Shown: positions 1-8,367, numbered from the stretch's first letter. The stretch is DNA of 46,922 nt from Casimicrobiaceae bacterium (GCA_036559685.1 DATBSV010000348.1:1-46922); one strand, 5' to 3'. Notes: generated from the letters alone by a model not told the origin. Numbers and translations: made by a program.

Positions 1-62
1 CAGCCTTCGAGGTGCCGCGCCTCGTCGCGGACGATCAGCGCGGCGGTGACCCGGCGGGTCAG
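1..62 (-). CDS. Glycosyltransferase family 2, 5' end only (runs off the window)
   Basis: The minus strand from 62 reads (L/M)TRRVTAALIVRDEARHLEG(C), matching the GT2 N-terminal strand-helix motif (xxxxIVK/RD/NExxxLxxCL). The putative CTG start overlaps the TGA of the upstream peptide gene (CTGA). Absent from the ORF track. Confidence 0.7.
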   Translation of the reverse strand, partial: MTRRVTAALIVRDEARHLEG

Positions 63-355
63 GACTCGTCTTTGTCCTGGTCCTTGCGACGGCGGCGGCG
101 CAGGACGAATGCGCCGGCCGCGGCGATCGCGCCGGTGGCGGCGGCGAGACCGAGTCCCGAGTCGACCGGGATCGCGGTGCCGATGGTGATGTTGCCTGCC
201 TGCGCGTTGGCGACGCCGCCGAGGTTCTGCATCGAGTAGGAGGCGATCACCGGCGCGGCGTAGATCGCGGTGCCGAGCAGGATCTTGCGCAGCATCTCGC
301 GCCGCTCGGGCGAATAGCGCTCGAGCAGCGTCTCGATCTTCGGGTTCGTGCTCAT
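59..355 (-). CDS. Small precursor-like peptide: RR/Tat-like leader, AxA site, ~10-aa core, C-terminal IPTL-CTERM-like sorting signal
   Basis: 98 aa: ERREMLRK, a hydrophobic stretch ILLGTAIYAAPVIASYSM, ANA|Q, then IPVDS, a hydrophobic helix GLGLAAATGAIAAAGAFVL and RRRRRK. Confidence 0.75.
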   Translation of the reverse strand: MSTNPKIETLLERYSPERREMLRKILLGTAIYAAPVIASYSMQNLGGVANAQAGNITIGTAIPVDSGLGLAAATGAIAAAGAFVLRRRRRKDQDKDES

Positions 356-389
356 GTTCGGCGACCTGGGGGGGCGGACGGTGGCGTGA

Positions 390-695
390 CTATACCGACT
401 TGGGGACGCCTTGGGGAGCGGCGACCAGCAGCCCCTCCGTCAGCAGCCGCTGCACGCAGGTGCCGACCTCGTCGACTGGCTCGGCGTCCAGCCGGAAGGC
501 CGCGGCGACGAGGCCCGGCAGCGCGTCGACCGGCGTCGCGCCGTCGCAGCTTTCGAGCACGAACACCGCCGTGCCGTTCAGGAAGTGCAGCCGGTCGCGC
601 GCCGCGTCGTACACGACGAAACCGTCGGGCACCTCGCGCACCTCGAGCGCATCGGCGCGCCGCGGCGTCAGCGTGGGAGCGATCTCCTGCGTCAT
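390..695 (-). CDS. Stand-alone PqqD-family peptide chaperone / RiPP recognition element (RRE)
   Basis: 101 aa from ATG 695: EVREVPDGFVVYDAARDRLHFLNGTAVFVLESCDG...V..L...GLL, the typical PqqD/RRE beta3-alpha3 pattern. Confidence 0.85.
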   Translation of the reverse strand: MTQEIAPTLTPRRADALEVREVPDGFVVYDAARDRLHFLNGTAVFVLESCDGATPVDALPGLVAAAFRLDAEPVDEVGTCVQRLLTEGLLVAAPQGVPKSV

Positions 696-701
696 CGCGC
701 A

Positions 702-711
702 ATGGTACGCT
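702..711. promoter_or_regulatory. Overlapping bidirectional -10 elements (TACGCT on +, TACCAT on -)
   Basis: Plus TACGCT 706-711 lies 8 nt before ATG 720; minus TACCAT 707-702 lies 6 nt before ATG 695. The divergent starts are only 24 bp apart. Confidence 0.55.
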
Positions 712-719
712 TGGACGCG

Positions 720-1361
720 ATGAACGAGGGCATGCCGGCCTTGTCGGACGCCGTGCGCGAGAGACTGCGCCGGCGCGTCGAAGCGGCCATCCCGTCGCTG
801 CATGGCTGGACGAGCGTCGACAAGGGCGCACGGCTCGCGGAGCTCGTCGTCCTCGCACGCTCGCCGCTGTCGGTCGAGCTGGGCGTTTTCGGCGGCCGCG
901 GCACGATCTCGCTCGCGATCGGCCACGAGGCGATCGGCGCGGGCGAGGTTCTCGCGGTCGACCCCTGGGAGCGCGCGGCGTCGCTCGAAGGCGTCAACGC
1001 GCCCGAGAACGACGCGTGGTGGAGTGCGCTCGACTACGAGGCGATCTACGCGAGCTTCGTCGACGCATTGCGCGCCAGCGGCACGGAGCGCTGGTGCCGC
1101 GTGCTCCGCGAACGATCGCAGGACGCCGTGCGCCGCGTCGCGGACGGCGCCGTCGCCGTGCTGCACCAGGACAGCAACCATTCCGAAGCGATCTCGTGCG
1201 CCGAGGTCGAGCAGTGGTCTCCCAAGCTCGGGCGCGACGGGTACTGGATCGCGGACGACACCGACTGGCCGACGACGCAACGCGCCCAGCGACGCCTGCA
1301 CGAGCTCGGGTTCGAGGCCATCGAGGACCACGTGCAGTGGAAGGTCTACCGGCGCCGATGA
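720..1361 (+). CDS. Class I SAM-dependent methyltransferase (Methyltransf_24-like)
   Basis: Motifs VELGVFGGRG, AVDPW, LHQDSNHS and IADD. The start could be 702, 720 or 732. Confidence 0.85.
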   Translation: MNEGMPALSDAVRERLRRRVEAAIPSLHGWTSVDKGARLAELVVLARSPLSVELGVFGGRGTISLAIGHEAIGAGEVLAVDPWERAASLEGVNAPENDAWWSALDYEAIYASFVDALRASGTERWCRVLRERSQDAVRRVADGAVAVLHQDSNHSEAISCAEVEQWSPKLGRDGYWIADDTDWPTTQRAQRRLHELGFEAIEDHVQWKVYRRR

Positions 1362-2335
1362 GCACGCCTTCGATCAGCGTCGTCTTCCCCACCGTTCGGG
1401 ACGACCCCGCGTTCGACTGGTTCACCGATAGCCTGGCGAGGCAGCTCGGCGACGCCGACGACGTCGAAGTGATCGTCGTCGACGCGCTCTTCGACGCGTG
1501 GCGCGGCGAGCGCTTCCGCGCGTGTGCCGACGGGCGCTACCCCGTCGTTCACGTCGCGCCCAAGCCGACGCCGTACCAGGGCCCGTGGAGACGTACCTCG
1601 CACGATTGCTTCGCCGCCGCGAACGCCCGCAACACCGGGCTCGTCTACGCGCGCGCGCCGTACGTCGTGTTCGCCGACGATTGCGCGCTGCCGATGCCTG
1701 GCTGGTGGCAAGCGGTCAAGCGAGCCGCGGCGCACGGGGACGTCGTCGCGGGCGCGTACCAGAAGCAATGGGACATGCGCGTCGTGCGCGGCACGCTCGA
1801 GCGCGGACGCGTCGAGCCGTCCGGCGTCGATTCGCGCTGGGCGCACGGCGACGTCGCGCGGCCCGTGCCGATCGACGGTGGGTGTCTCTACGGTGCGAGC
1901 TTCGGTGCGCCGCGTGACCTCCTGCTCTCGGTCAACGGGCTGGATGAGCTGTGCGACTCGACCGGCGGCGAGGACTACCAGCTGGGGTTGCGGCTGACCC
2001 ACGCCGGAGTGCCGATCCTCTACGCCCGCTCCATGCTGACGATCGAGAGCGAGGAGCTCGGGCGCCTCGGCAAGGCGTACGCGCGCCACGACCGCACGCT
2101 GCCCGAGCCCGCCTACATGGCGCGCCTCGCCGAGTTCGGGCTTCGCGAGCGCAGCACGACCGGGCGCTGCGACAGCTCGCACATGGTGCTCGACGTGACG
2201 CTCGGCACCGGCTCGTGGGCGACCTACGGCAACGCGTTCCGGCTTGCGGATCTCTCGCCCGACAGGTTCGAGGCGACGGTCGCGCAATTCCCCGACAGGC
2301 ACTGGTTCGACGGATGCCCGCTGCGGGATCTTTGA
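1358..2335 (+). CDS. Glycosyltransferase family 2
   Basis: ATGA overlap with the methyltransferase. Motifs ISVVFPT, EVIVVD, NARNTG, FADDC (DxD-like) and GGEDY. Confidence 0.85.
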   Translation: MSTPSISVVFPTVRDDPAFDWFTDSLARQLGDADDVEVIVVDALFDAWRGERFRACADGRYPVVHVAPKPTPYQGPWRRTSHDCFAAANARNTGLVYARAPYVVFADDCALPMPGWWQAVKRAAAHGDVVAGAYQKQWDMRVVRGTLERGRVEPSGVDSRWAHGDVARPVPIDGGCLYGASFGAPRDLLLSVNGLDELCDSTGGEDYQLGLRLTHAGVPILYARSMLTIESEELGRLGKAYARHDRTLPEPAYMARLAEFGLRERSTTGRCDSSHMVLDVTLGTGSWATYGNAFRLADLSPDRFEATVAQFPDRHWFDGCPLRDL

Positions 2336-2412
2336 GCGCCACGCGACGCCGGCTCCTGTCGCGCACGATCGCGCGGCGGGACGCGGAGTAGAATCGCCCG
2401 CGTCGCCCGGCC

Positions 2413-2988
2413 ATGCCGATCAACATCCCGACGACACTGACCTGGCTGCGGATCGTGCTGATCCCGGTCTTCGTCGGCGTCTACTACCTGCCCGACGCGT
2501 GGCTCGCGCCCGCCGGCAAGAACTGGCTCGCGATGAGCATCTTCGCCTTCGCCGCGATCACGGACTGGCTCGACGGGTGGCTCGCGCGGCGCCTCGGGCT
2601 CACGAGCGCGTTCGGCGCGTTCCTCGACCCGGTCGCCGACAAGCTGATGGTGGCCGCGGCGCTGATCCTGCTCGTCGCGCTCGGACGCGCCGACGCGTAC
2701 CTCGCGATCATCATCATCGGCCGCGAGATCGCGATCTCGGCGTTGCGCGAATGGATGGCCGAGCTCGGCGCGGGGAAGAGCGTCGCGGTCGCGTTCGCCG
2801 GCAAGCTCAAGACGGTGGCGCAGATGACCGCGATCATCGCGCTGCTGCTCTACGAGCCGTTGATCCCGGGCGTGTCGACGCCATTGCTGGGCACGATCGC
2901 CCTCTGGATCGCCGTGATCCTGACGCTGTGGTCGATGGTCCACTACCTGCGCAAGGCCGCGCCGTACCTCACCACCGATCGCAAGTGA
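2413..2988 (+). CDS. pgsA: CDP-diacylglycerol--glycerol-3-phosphate 3-phosphatidyltransferase
   Basis: NIPTTLTWLRI, the CDP-alcohol phosphotransferase motif DWLDGWLARR...FGAFLDPVADK, REIAISALRE and GKLKT. Confidence 0.95.
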   Translation: MPINIPTTLTWLRIVLIPVFVGVYYLPDAWLAPAGKNWLAMSIFAFAAITDWLDGWLARRLGLTSAFGAFLDPVADKLMVAAALILLVALGRADAYLAIIIIGREIAISALREWMAELGAGKSVAVAFAGKLKTVAQMTAIIALLLYEPLIPGVSTPLLGTIALWIAVILTLWSMVHYLRKAAPYLTTDRK

Positions 2989-2993
2989 CCGTC

Positions 2994-3023
2994 TTGGCCC
3001 GGCCGGGCGGCCGATGCTATAAT
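2994..3023 (+). promoter_or_regulatory. Sigma70 promoter of tRNA-Asn
   Basis: TTGGCC at 2994-2999 and an extended -10 TGcTATAAT at 3015-3023. Confidence 0.75.
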
Positions 3024-3043
3024 CGAGGGCTGCGTTTCTCCCT

Positions 3044-3119
3044 TCCCCGATAGCTCAGTTGGTAGAGCGACGGACTGTTAATCCGCAGGTCCCTGGTTCG
3101 AGCCCAGGTCGGGGAGCCA
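3044..3119 (+). tRNA. tRNA-Asn (GTT)
   Basis: 76 nt, TCCCCGA...TCGGGGA-G-CCA. D arm GCTCAGTTGGTAGAGC, anticodon loop CTGTTAA, T loop GGTTCGAGCC. Confidence 0.97.
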
Positions 3120-3146
3120 AATCCTTCAAGCGCTTAGCTTCACCCG

Positions 3147-3207
3147 TCGGCTCCGCGCGGTCTATTCAACAGACCGCGGGCATCCGCCGATCGGTTCATA
3201 TTTTTTT
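3147..3207 (+). terminator. Probable terminator hairpin after the tRNA
   Basis: CGCGGTCT/AGACCGCG 8-bp stem (3156-3178) within a larger imperfect stem; a T-tract at about 3201-3207 lies some distance from the stem. Confidence 0.35.
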
Positions 3208-3354
3208 GCCGCGCCGCGTCAGGACCGAGTCGGGCCCTCTAGTACACAATTTGCAAACGCGCGCGTATGTGCTGCGTGCGCTCCATTTCGCAAGTTTTCG
3301 AAGCAGCTACACAGGCAGTTCAGCCGCGATGACGCCATCCGGTAGGATGTTGCC

Positions 3355-4365
3355 GTGCAGAACGCTTGGGCATCGAGCCACCCAATGCAGAGCGCCAGCG
3401 GCGTGGACGTTCGCATCAAGCTCGTGCAGACGCTCGCGTTCTCGAATCAGGAGGAACGGGCCGAGGGGATCGCGATATCGTCCTCCGGGAACATGATGGC
3501 GATCGCCACGGCCGATGCGGATACTGTCCTGCTGTATCGCCGCCAGTCGAGCGGCCAGTTCGATACCGAGCCGTGCGCCACCCTCCGCGGGCCGGAATCG
3601 CGTCTCAGCTATCCGCATGACGTTTCGTTTGCGCCGGCGGCGGGCGGCGAGTTGCTTGCCGTTGCCCAAAGGCGAGGTTCCATCACGATCTACAACAACG
3701 ACAGCGTCACCGGAGGTTTTGGACCCGAACCGGTCTTCGAAATTTCGGGCGCCGACTCGCGGCTCAACTTCTCCGACGGGGTTGCCTTCGTCCCTCCCTT
3801 GAATGATCACCTCGCGGCATGCAACCTTGCGCTCGGAACCATATCGTTCTACCGCAAGCGCTCCGACTCACCCCTCGCCTTTGACCAACATCCCCGGTTC
3901 GAGCTCCGGCAAAGTCTCGCCGATCCCGACGGCTTGGCGTTTTCCCCGTCGGGTGAGTGGCTGGCGGTTGCCAATCACGGCAACCATTCCGTGAGTATCT
4001 TCCAGCGTCGGTACCGCGGTGCCTTGGGTGACAGGGTCAGGTTCGGCTCCGCTCCGGTCGCGGTCATCGCCGATGCGAGCCTTCTGTATCCGCACTCGCT
4101 GGCGTTCAACGCGGCCAATCACCTCTTCGTGACGAATGCCGGCGCGAATTTCTTCAGCGTCTTCGCCCCCACGAAGCTCGGCGAAGGGATGCAGTGGTCG
4201 CCGCTCCCCGGCGGGCAGCAGGATGTCGGCTCGGAAAGCGGGTTTCGCGCGATCAACGCGGCGAACAGGATGGAAGGCGGACCGAAAGGCATCGCGATCC
4301 ACGGCGACACGCTCGCCGTGTGCAGTCCTCAGCACGGGGTCCTGCTTTACTCGTTGTTGCTTTAG
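3355..4365 (+). CDS. Beta-propeller repeat protein (lactonase/NHL-like)
   Basis: Repeated blades: AEGIAI, YPHDVSF, FSDGVAF, DPDGLAF, YPHSLAF and GPKGIAI. Start uncertain (3355 or 3385). Confidence 0.75.
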   Translation: MQNAWASSHPMQSASGVDVRIKLVQTLAFSNQEERAEGIAISSSGNMMAIATADADTVLLYRRQSSGQFDTEPCATLRGPESRLSYPHDVSFAPAAGGELLAVAQRRGSITIYNNDSVTGGFGPEPVFEISGADSRLNFSDGVAFVPPLNDHLAACNLALGTISFYRKRSDSPLAFDQHPRFELRQSLADPDGLAFSPSGEWLAVANHGNHSVSIFQRRYRGALGDRVRFGSAPVAVIADASLLYPHSLAFNAANHLFVTNAGANFFSVFAPTKLGEGMQWSPLPGGQQDVGSESGFRAINAANRMEGGPKGIAIHGDTLAVCSPQHGVLLYSLLL

Positions 4366-4501
4366 CGTTGGCAGATCTCAGGGATCGTCGGCCGTCGCGA
4401 ACGCGATCGCCCGGATCTCGGCGCGAGGTTCACGTCAGGGGGCTCGCCTCGCTACTGTCCCATACCGTAGGCGGCAACGCGGTGACGTTCTGAAAGTGGG
4501 G

Positions 4502-5863
4502 TCATCCTCTCAGCGCGGCGAGGTCGAGCGGGCCATCGAAAAGCGTCGCTAACCGGGCCAGCAACTGCAGCGCCCGAACGTCGTCGACGCCGCCGAACCG
4601 CGCGTTGCCCAGGAACTTGCGAACGAGCTCATCACGCGACAAGGGCTCGTGCCGCCCGCCGCGAATATGGGGTTGACGCTCTTCGACGACGCGCCCGTCG
4701 CGCAACGTCGCCCGAACGTGGCCGGTGTAGCGCGCCGGATAGGGATTGTCTGGATCGACGACGTAGCGCACCTTGGCCGCGAGCGCGAGGAGGCGGGGAT
4801 CGCGCACGGTCTCATCGGTGAACGCCGCGAGTCCGACGTCGCCCAGCACGAAGCCGGCCGCGATGTTGAACGGCGTCGAGAATTTCGCGGCATACGCGTT
4901 CGCCGGCCGGCGCTTCGATTCGATCGGCTCCCACAAGCGCGGCACGTAGCCCTGCGCGGTCTCGCACACGATCTCGACGATGTCTTCCGCACGCATTCCC
5001 GTTGCCGCAAGCCTGCGCGCGCAGTCGACGTAGGGCTGGTTCATCGTGCCGGTGGCGTAGGGCTTGAACGTCAGGTCGACGAGATGCCAGCGCTCGCCGA
5101 AGCCTTCGGTGAGCGCGTCGAAGTCGCCCGCAGCGCTGTGCGCGAAGGCGCGGAACACGCCATGCGCACCTTCGAGAACCGTGCGCGGCCCGCTGAATCC
5201 TACCAGGCCGAGGCGCGCCGCGAGCACGCCCGAGTGCGCCGCGGCGCCGGCGTGCAAGCGCTTGGTCGATGCGCCGTCGGTGAGGTACTCGATGATGCCG
5301 CCGGTAAGGCTGCCGGCGATCCCGAGCGCGTCGACGAGCTGTGCCTGCGTAGCTCCTAGCGCCGTGCCGACACCGGCGGCCGCAGCGAGCGTGCCGAGCA
5401 CGCCGGTGGGATGAAAACCCGCGTCGTGAATGGCCTTCGGCTTCACGAGCGCAAGCCGGCAAATCGTTTCCATGCCGACCGCAATGCCCAGGCGCGCCGC
5501 ATCGCCGTCGCGGTCGAAGCGTTCGCACGCGGCGAGCACCGCAGGCACGACGACCGCGCCGCCGTGGACCGGGCCGCCTTCGAACGTATCGTCGAAGTCC
5601 TCGCCGTGCGCGGCGGTTCCATTGACGAGCGCGGCATCCTCCGCGCGAAACGTCTCGGCGTGTCCAATCGCGGTACAGGGCCCGCCGGCGTCGATCGCAC
5701 GCTTCACCGCGCCGATGTAGTCGGTGTGCCGCGCGGCGAGACAGAGCCCGGCGACGTCGAGCATCAGCCGATCGACCTGGTCGCGCACGACCGCGGGCAA
5801 CGACGCCGCGCGCAGCGCGACGACGCGCGAAGCGAATCGCTCGGCGACTGAACCTCGCTCCAT
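4502..5863 (-). CDS. MmgE/PrpD family protein
   Basis: From ATG 5863 (MERGSVAERF). Motifs AALVNGTAAHGEDFDD, GFHPTG, KRLHAG, FKPYA and AKFS. Confidence 0.93.
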   Translation of the reverse strand: MERGSVAERFASRVVALRAASLPAVVRDQVDRLMLDVAGLCLAARHTDYIGAVKRAIDAGGPCTAIGHAETFRAEDAALVNGTAAHGEDFDDTFEGGPVHGGAVVVPAVLAACERFDRDGDAARLGIAVGMETICRLALVKPKAIHDAGFHPTGVLGTLAAAAGVGTALGATQAQLVDALGIAGSLTGGIIEYLTDGASTKRLHAGAAAHSGVLAARLGLVGFSGPRTVLEGAHGVFRAFAHSAAGDFDALTEGFGERWHLVDLTFKPYATGTMNQPYVDCARRLAATGMRAEDIVEIVCETAQGYVPRLWEPIESKRRPANAYAAKFSTPFNIAAGFVLGDVGLAAFTDETVRDPRLLALAAKVRYVVDPDNPYPARYTGHVRATLRDGRVVEERQPHIRGGRHEPLSRDELVRKFLGNARFGGVDDVRALQLLARLATLFDGPLDLAALRG

Positions 5864-6837
5864 CACCTCACGACCTTGATGCCCGCGTCCTGCAACAGCG
5901 CACGCAGCTGCCGCGATGTGTCGTCGAGCGTCCGGGTGAACTCGGCGCCGGTCCTGAAGCCGTCGTCGAACTGATTGTCCTCGAGGTACTTGCGCCACGA
6001 CGGCGTGCGCACGAGGCGGGCGAGAAAGTCCTGCCAGAAGGCGGCCGCCTCGGGATCGATGCCGGGCGGCGCGACGGCCCCCCGCATCTGCGGAACCAGC
6101 GCCACGTCGTAGCCCGCTTCCTTCAGCGTCGGAACGTCGGGGAACGCCGGCAGGCGCTTGTCCGACACCTGCGCCAGCACGCGCAGCCTGCCCGCACGCA
6201 GGTGCTCGCTCGCTTCCTGCGGCTCGACGATCATCATGTTCACGTGGCCGCCGAGCAGCGCGGAGAGCCGCTCGCCTCCGCCGGGAAAGGAGATGAATGC
6301 CCAGCGCGCGCCCGTCGCGTTCTGCAGCACCTGACGCATGATGCTGTCGCGCGCGGTGAGCGAGCCGCCCGACTGCTTGAGCTCGCCCGGCTTCGCTTTC
6401 GCGGCGTCGATGAAATCCTTCATCGACTTGAACGGGGCGTCGGCGCGGACCACGACCACCGCGGGCTCCAGCACGAGCTGCGCGATCGGCGTCAGGTCGG
6501 CGTACGTGACCTTCGCTTCCGCCGTGGTCATCGGGCCGATCAGCCATGCGCTGGTCATGAGTCCCACCACGTGCGGGTCGCCCTTCTTCTCGACCAGGTA
6601 GTTCGCGGCCACGGCGCCATTGCCGCCGGGCTTGTTGATCACGACGAAACGCACGGGCAGGAGGTTCTCCTTGTCCGCCATCACCGCGATCGAGCGCGCG
6701 AGGACGTCGCTGCCTCCGCCGGGACCGGTATGGACGACGAGCTCCACCGGCTTCTTCGGCACGAAGGTGGCTGCCGCGGTGGAGAGGGAGACCGCGACCG
6801 CGAGAGCTGCGCCGGCGAGGCGCAGGAGCTTGTTCAT
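5863..6837 (-). CDS. tctC: Tripartite tricarboxylate transporter substrate-binding protein (TctC/Bug)
   Basis: Signal peptide, P.KPVELVV..GPGGGSD, NKPGGNG and PDVPTLKEAG. RBS AAGGAG upstream of ATG 6837. Confidence 0.9.
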   Translation of the reverse strand: MNKLLRLAGAALAVAVSLSTAAATFVPKKPVELVVHTGPGGGSDVLARSIAVMADKENLLPVRFVVINKPGGNGAVAANYLVEKKGDPHVVGLMTSAWLIGPMTTAEAKVTYADLTPIAQLVLEPAVVVVRADAPFKSMKDFIDAAKAKPGELKQSGGSLTARDSIMRQVLQNATGARWAFISFPGGGERLSALLGGHVNMMIVEPQEASEHLRAGRLRVLAQVSDKRLPAFPDVPTLKEAGYDVALVPQMRGAVAPPGIDPEAAAFWQDFLARLVRTPSWRKYLEDNQFDDGFRTGAEFTRTLDDTSRQLRALLQDAGIKVVR

Positions 6838-6861
6838 CGCCACTCCTTCAACCCGAACGAT

Positions 6862-8367
6862 TCACGATTCGACCGCGCGCATGCGCCAGGCGTTCATGCG
6901 CCGCGCGAGCGGTATCAACAGCACCAGTGCTGCCGTCCCGAGCACGGTCGCCGAAACCGGCCGCGACACCAGGATCGACAGGTCGCCCTGCGACATCATC
7001 AGCGATTGCCGCAGCGCGCGCTCCATCGGGTCGCCAAGCACCAGGCCCAGCACCAGGGGTGCGGTCGGATAGTCCCATTGCCGCATCAGCCAGCCCACGA
7101 GGCCGAAGCCGGCCACGAGCAGTCCCGTGAACGCAGTGGCCGACACCGTGATCACGCCGACCAGCGACACACCGAGGATCATCGGCAGCAACGCGTAGGC
7201 CGGAATGCGCAGGAGCTGCGCGAACACGGGAACCAGCGGCAGGTTCAGGACGAGCAGCATCAGGTTGCCGATGTACATGCTCGCGACGAGCCCCCAGAAC
7301 AGCGCCGGCTGCTCCTCGATGAACAGCGGGCCGGGCCGCAAGCCCCAGAGGATGAGCGCCGCGAGGAGGATCGCCGTGGTGGCGCTTCCCGGGATGCCGA
7401 GCGTCAGCAGCGGCACCAGCGCGCCGCCGGTCTCGGAGTTGTTGGCGCCCTCGGGCGCGACCACGCCTTCCGGAACCCCGGTGCCGAACGCCTCGGGCCG
7501 TTTCGACACCGCCTTCTCGATGCCGTACGACAACAGCGATGCAATCGTCGACCCGGCACCAGGCAGGACACCGACCAGGAACCCGACGATCGACCCGTTG
7601 GCGAACGCGAACCGCGAATCCTTCAGGTCCTGGCGCGTGGGCAGCAGGTTGCGGATACCGCGCGGCACTGCTTGCAGCTGTCCTGCGTCCGATGTCTCGA
7701 CGCTGCGCAGCACCTCGCCGACCGCGAACACGCCGATCGCGACGATCGTGAAGTCGATGCCGCCCAGGAGCTCGGCGCGTCCGAACGTGAAGCGCGACGT
7801 CGCGCTGAACAGGTCGGTCCCCATGCCGGCGATCCACAGGCCGACCAGCATCGACAACAGCGCCTTCACGAGGGATGCGCCGGCGAGCAGCACGACCATC
7901 GACAGGCCGAACGCCATCAGCGCGAAGTACTCCGGCGAGGAGAACGCGAGCGAGAGCTTGGCGAGCGGCGGCGCGAGCAGCATGAGGCCGACGACGCCCA
8001 ACGTGCCGGCCACGAACGAGGCGATCGCCGCGAGACCGAGCGCCGCGCCGGCGCGCCCCTTGCGCGCCATCTGGTAGCCGTCGAGGCAGGTGATCACCGA
8101 CGCGGATTCGCCGGGCATGTTCATCAGGATCGCCGTGGTCGATCCGCCGTACTTCGCGCCGTAGTAGATCCCCGCGAGCATGATGATCGCGCTCGCCGGC
8201 GCCATGCCGTGGGTCAGCGGGAGCAGCATCGCGATCGTGGCCGGCGGACCCAGGCCGGGCAACACGCCGACCGCGGTGCCGATCAGCACGCCGAGAAAGC
8301 ACCACCCCAGGTTGAGTGGCTGCGCGGCGACCGCAAAGCCGTGCGCGAGGCCAGCGACGACGTCCAC
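6862..8367 (-). CDS. tctA: Tripartite tricarboxylate transporter large permease
   Basis: GVLPGLG, YGGSTTAILMNMPGE, PEGANN and TLGIPGS motifs. Confidence 0.93.
   Translation of the reverse strand: MDVVAGLAHGFAVAAQPLNLGWCFLGVLIGTAVGVLPGLGPPATIAMLLPLTHGMAPASAIIMLAGIYYGAKYGGSTTAILMNMPGESASVITCLDGYQMARKGRAGAALGLAAIASFVAGTLGVVGLMLLAPPLAKLSLAFSSPEYFALMAFGLSMVVLLAGASLVKALLSMLVGLWIAGMGTDLFSATSRFTFGRAELLGGIDFTIVAIGVFAVGEVLRSVETSDAGQLQAVPRGIRNLLPTRQDLKDSRFAFANGSIVGFLVGVLPGAGSTIASLLSYGIEKAVSKRPEAFGTGVPEGVVAPEGANNSETGGALVPLLTLGIPGSATTAILLAALILWGLRPGPLFIEEQPALFWGLVASMYIGNLMLLVLNLPLVPVFAQLLRIPAYALLPMILGVSLVGVITVSATAFTGLLVAGFGLVGWLMRQWDYPTAPLVLGLVLGDPMERALRQSLMMSQGDLSILVSRPVSATVLGTAALVLLIPLARRMNAWRMRAVES

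Noticed and set aside
390-695. PqqD protein as part of PQQ biosynthesis for the dehydrogenase at 42145
   Set aside because: No pqqA (ExxxY), pqqB, pqqC or pqqE is nearby, and the adjacent peptide is unlike PqqA.
386-1357. Long N-terminal extension of the GT2 ORF (649 aa in the track)
   Set aside because: Arg/Pro-rich shadow translation overlapping the RRE and methyltransferase genes; the real start is the ATGA junction at 1358.
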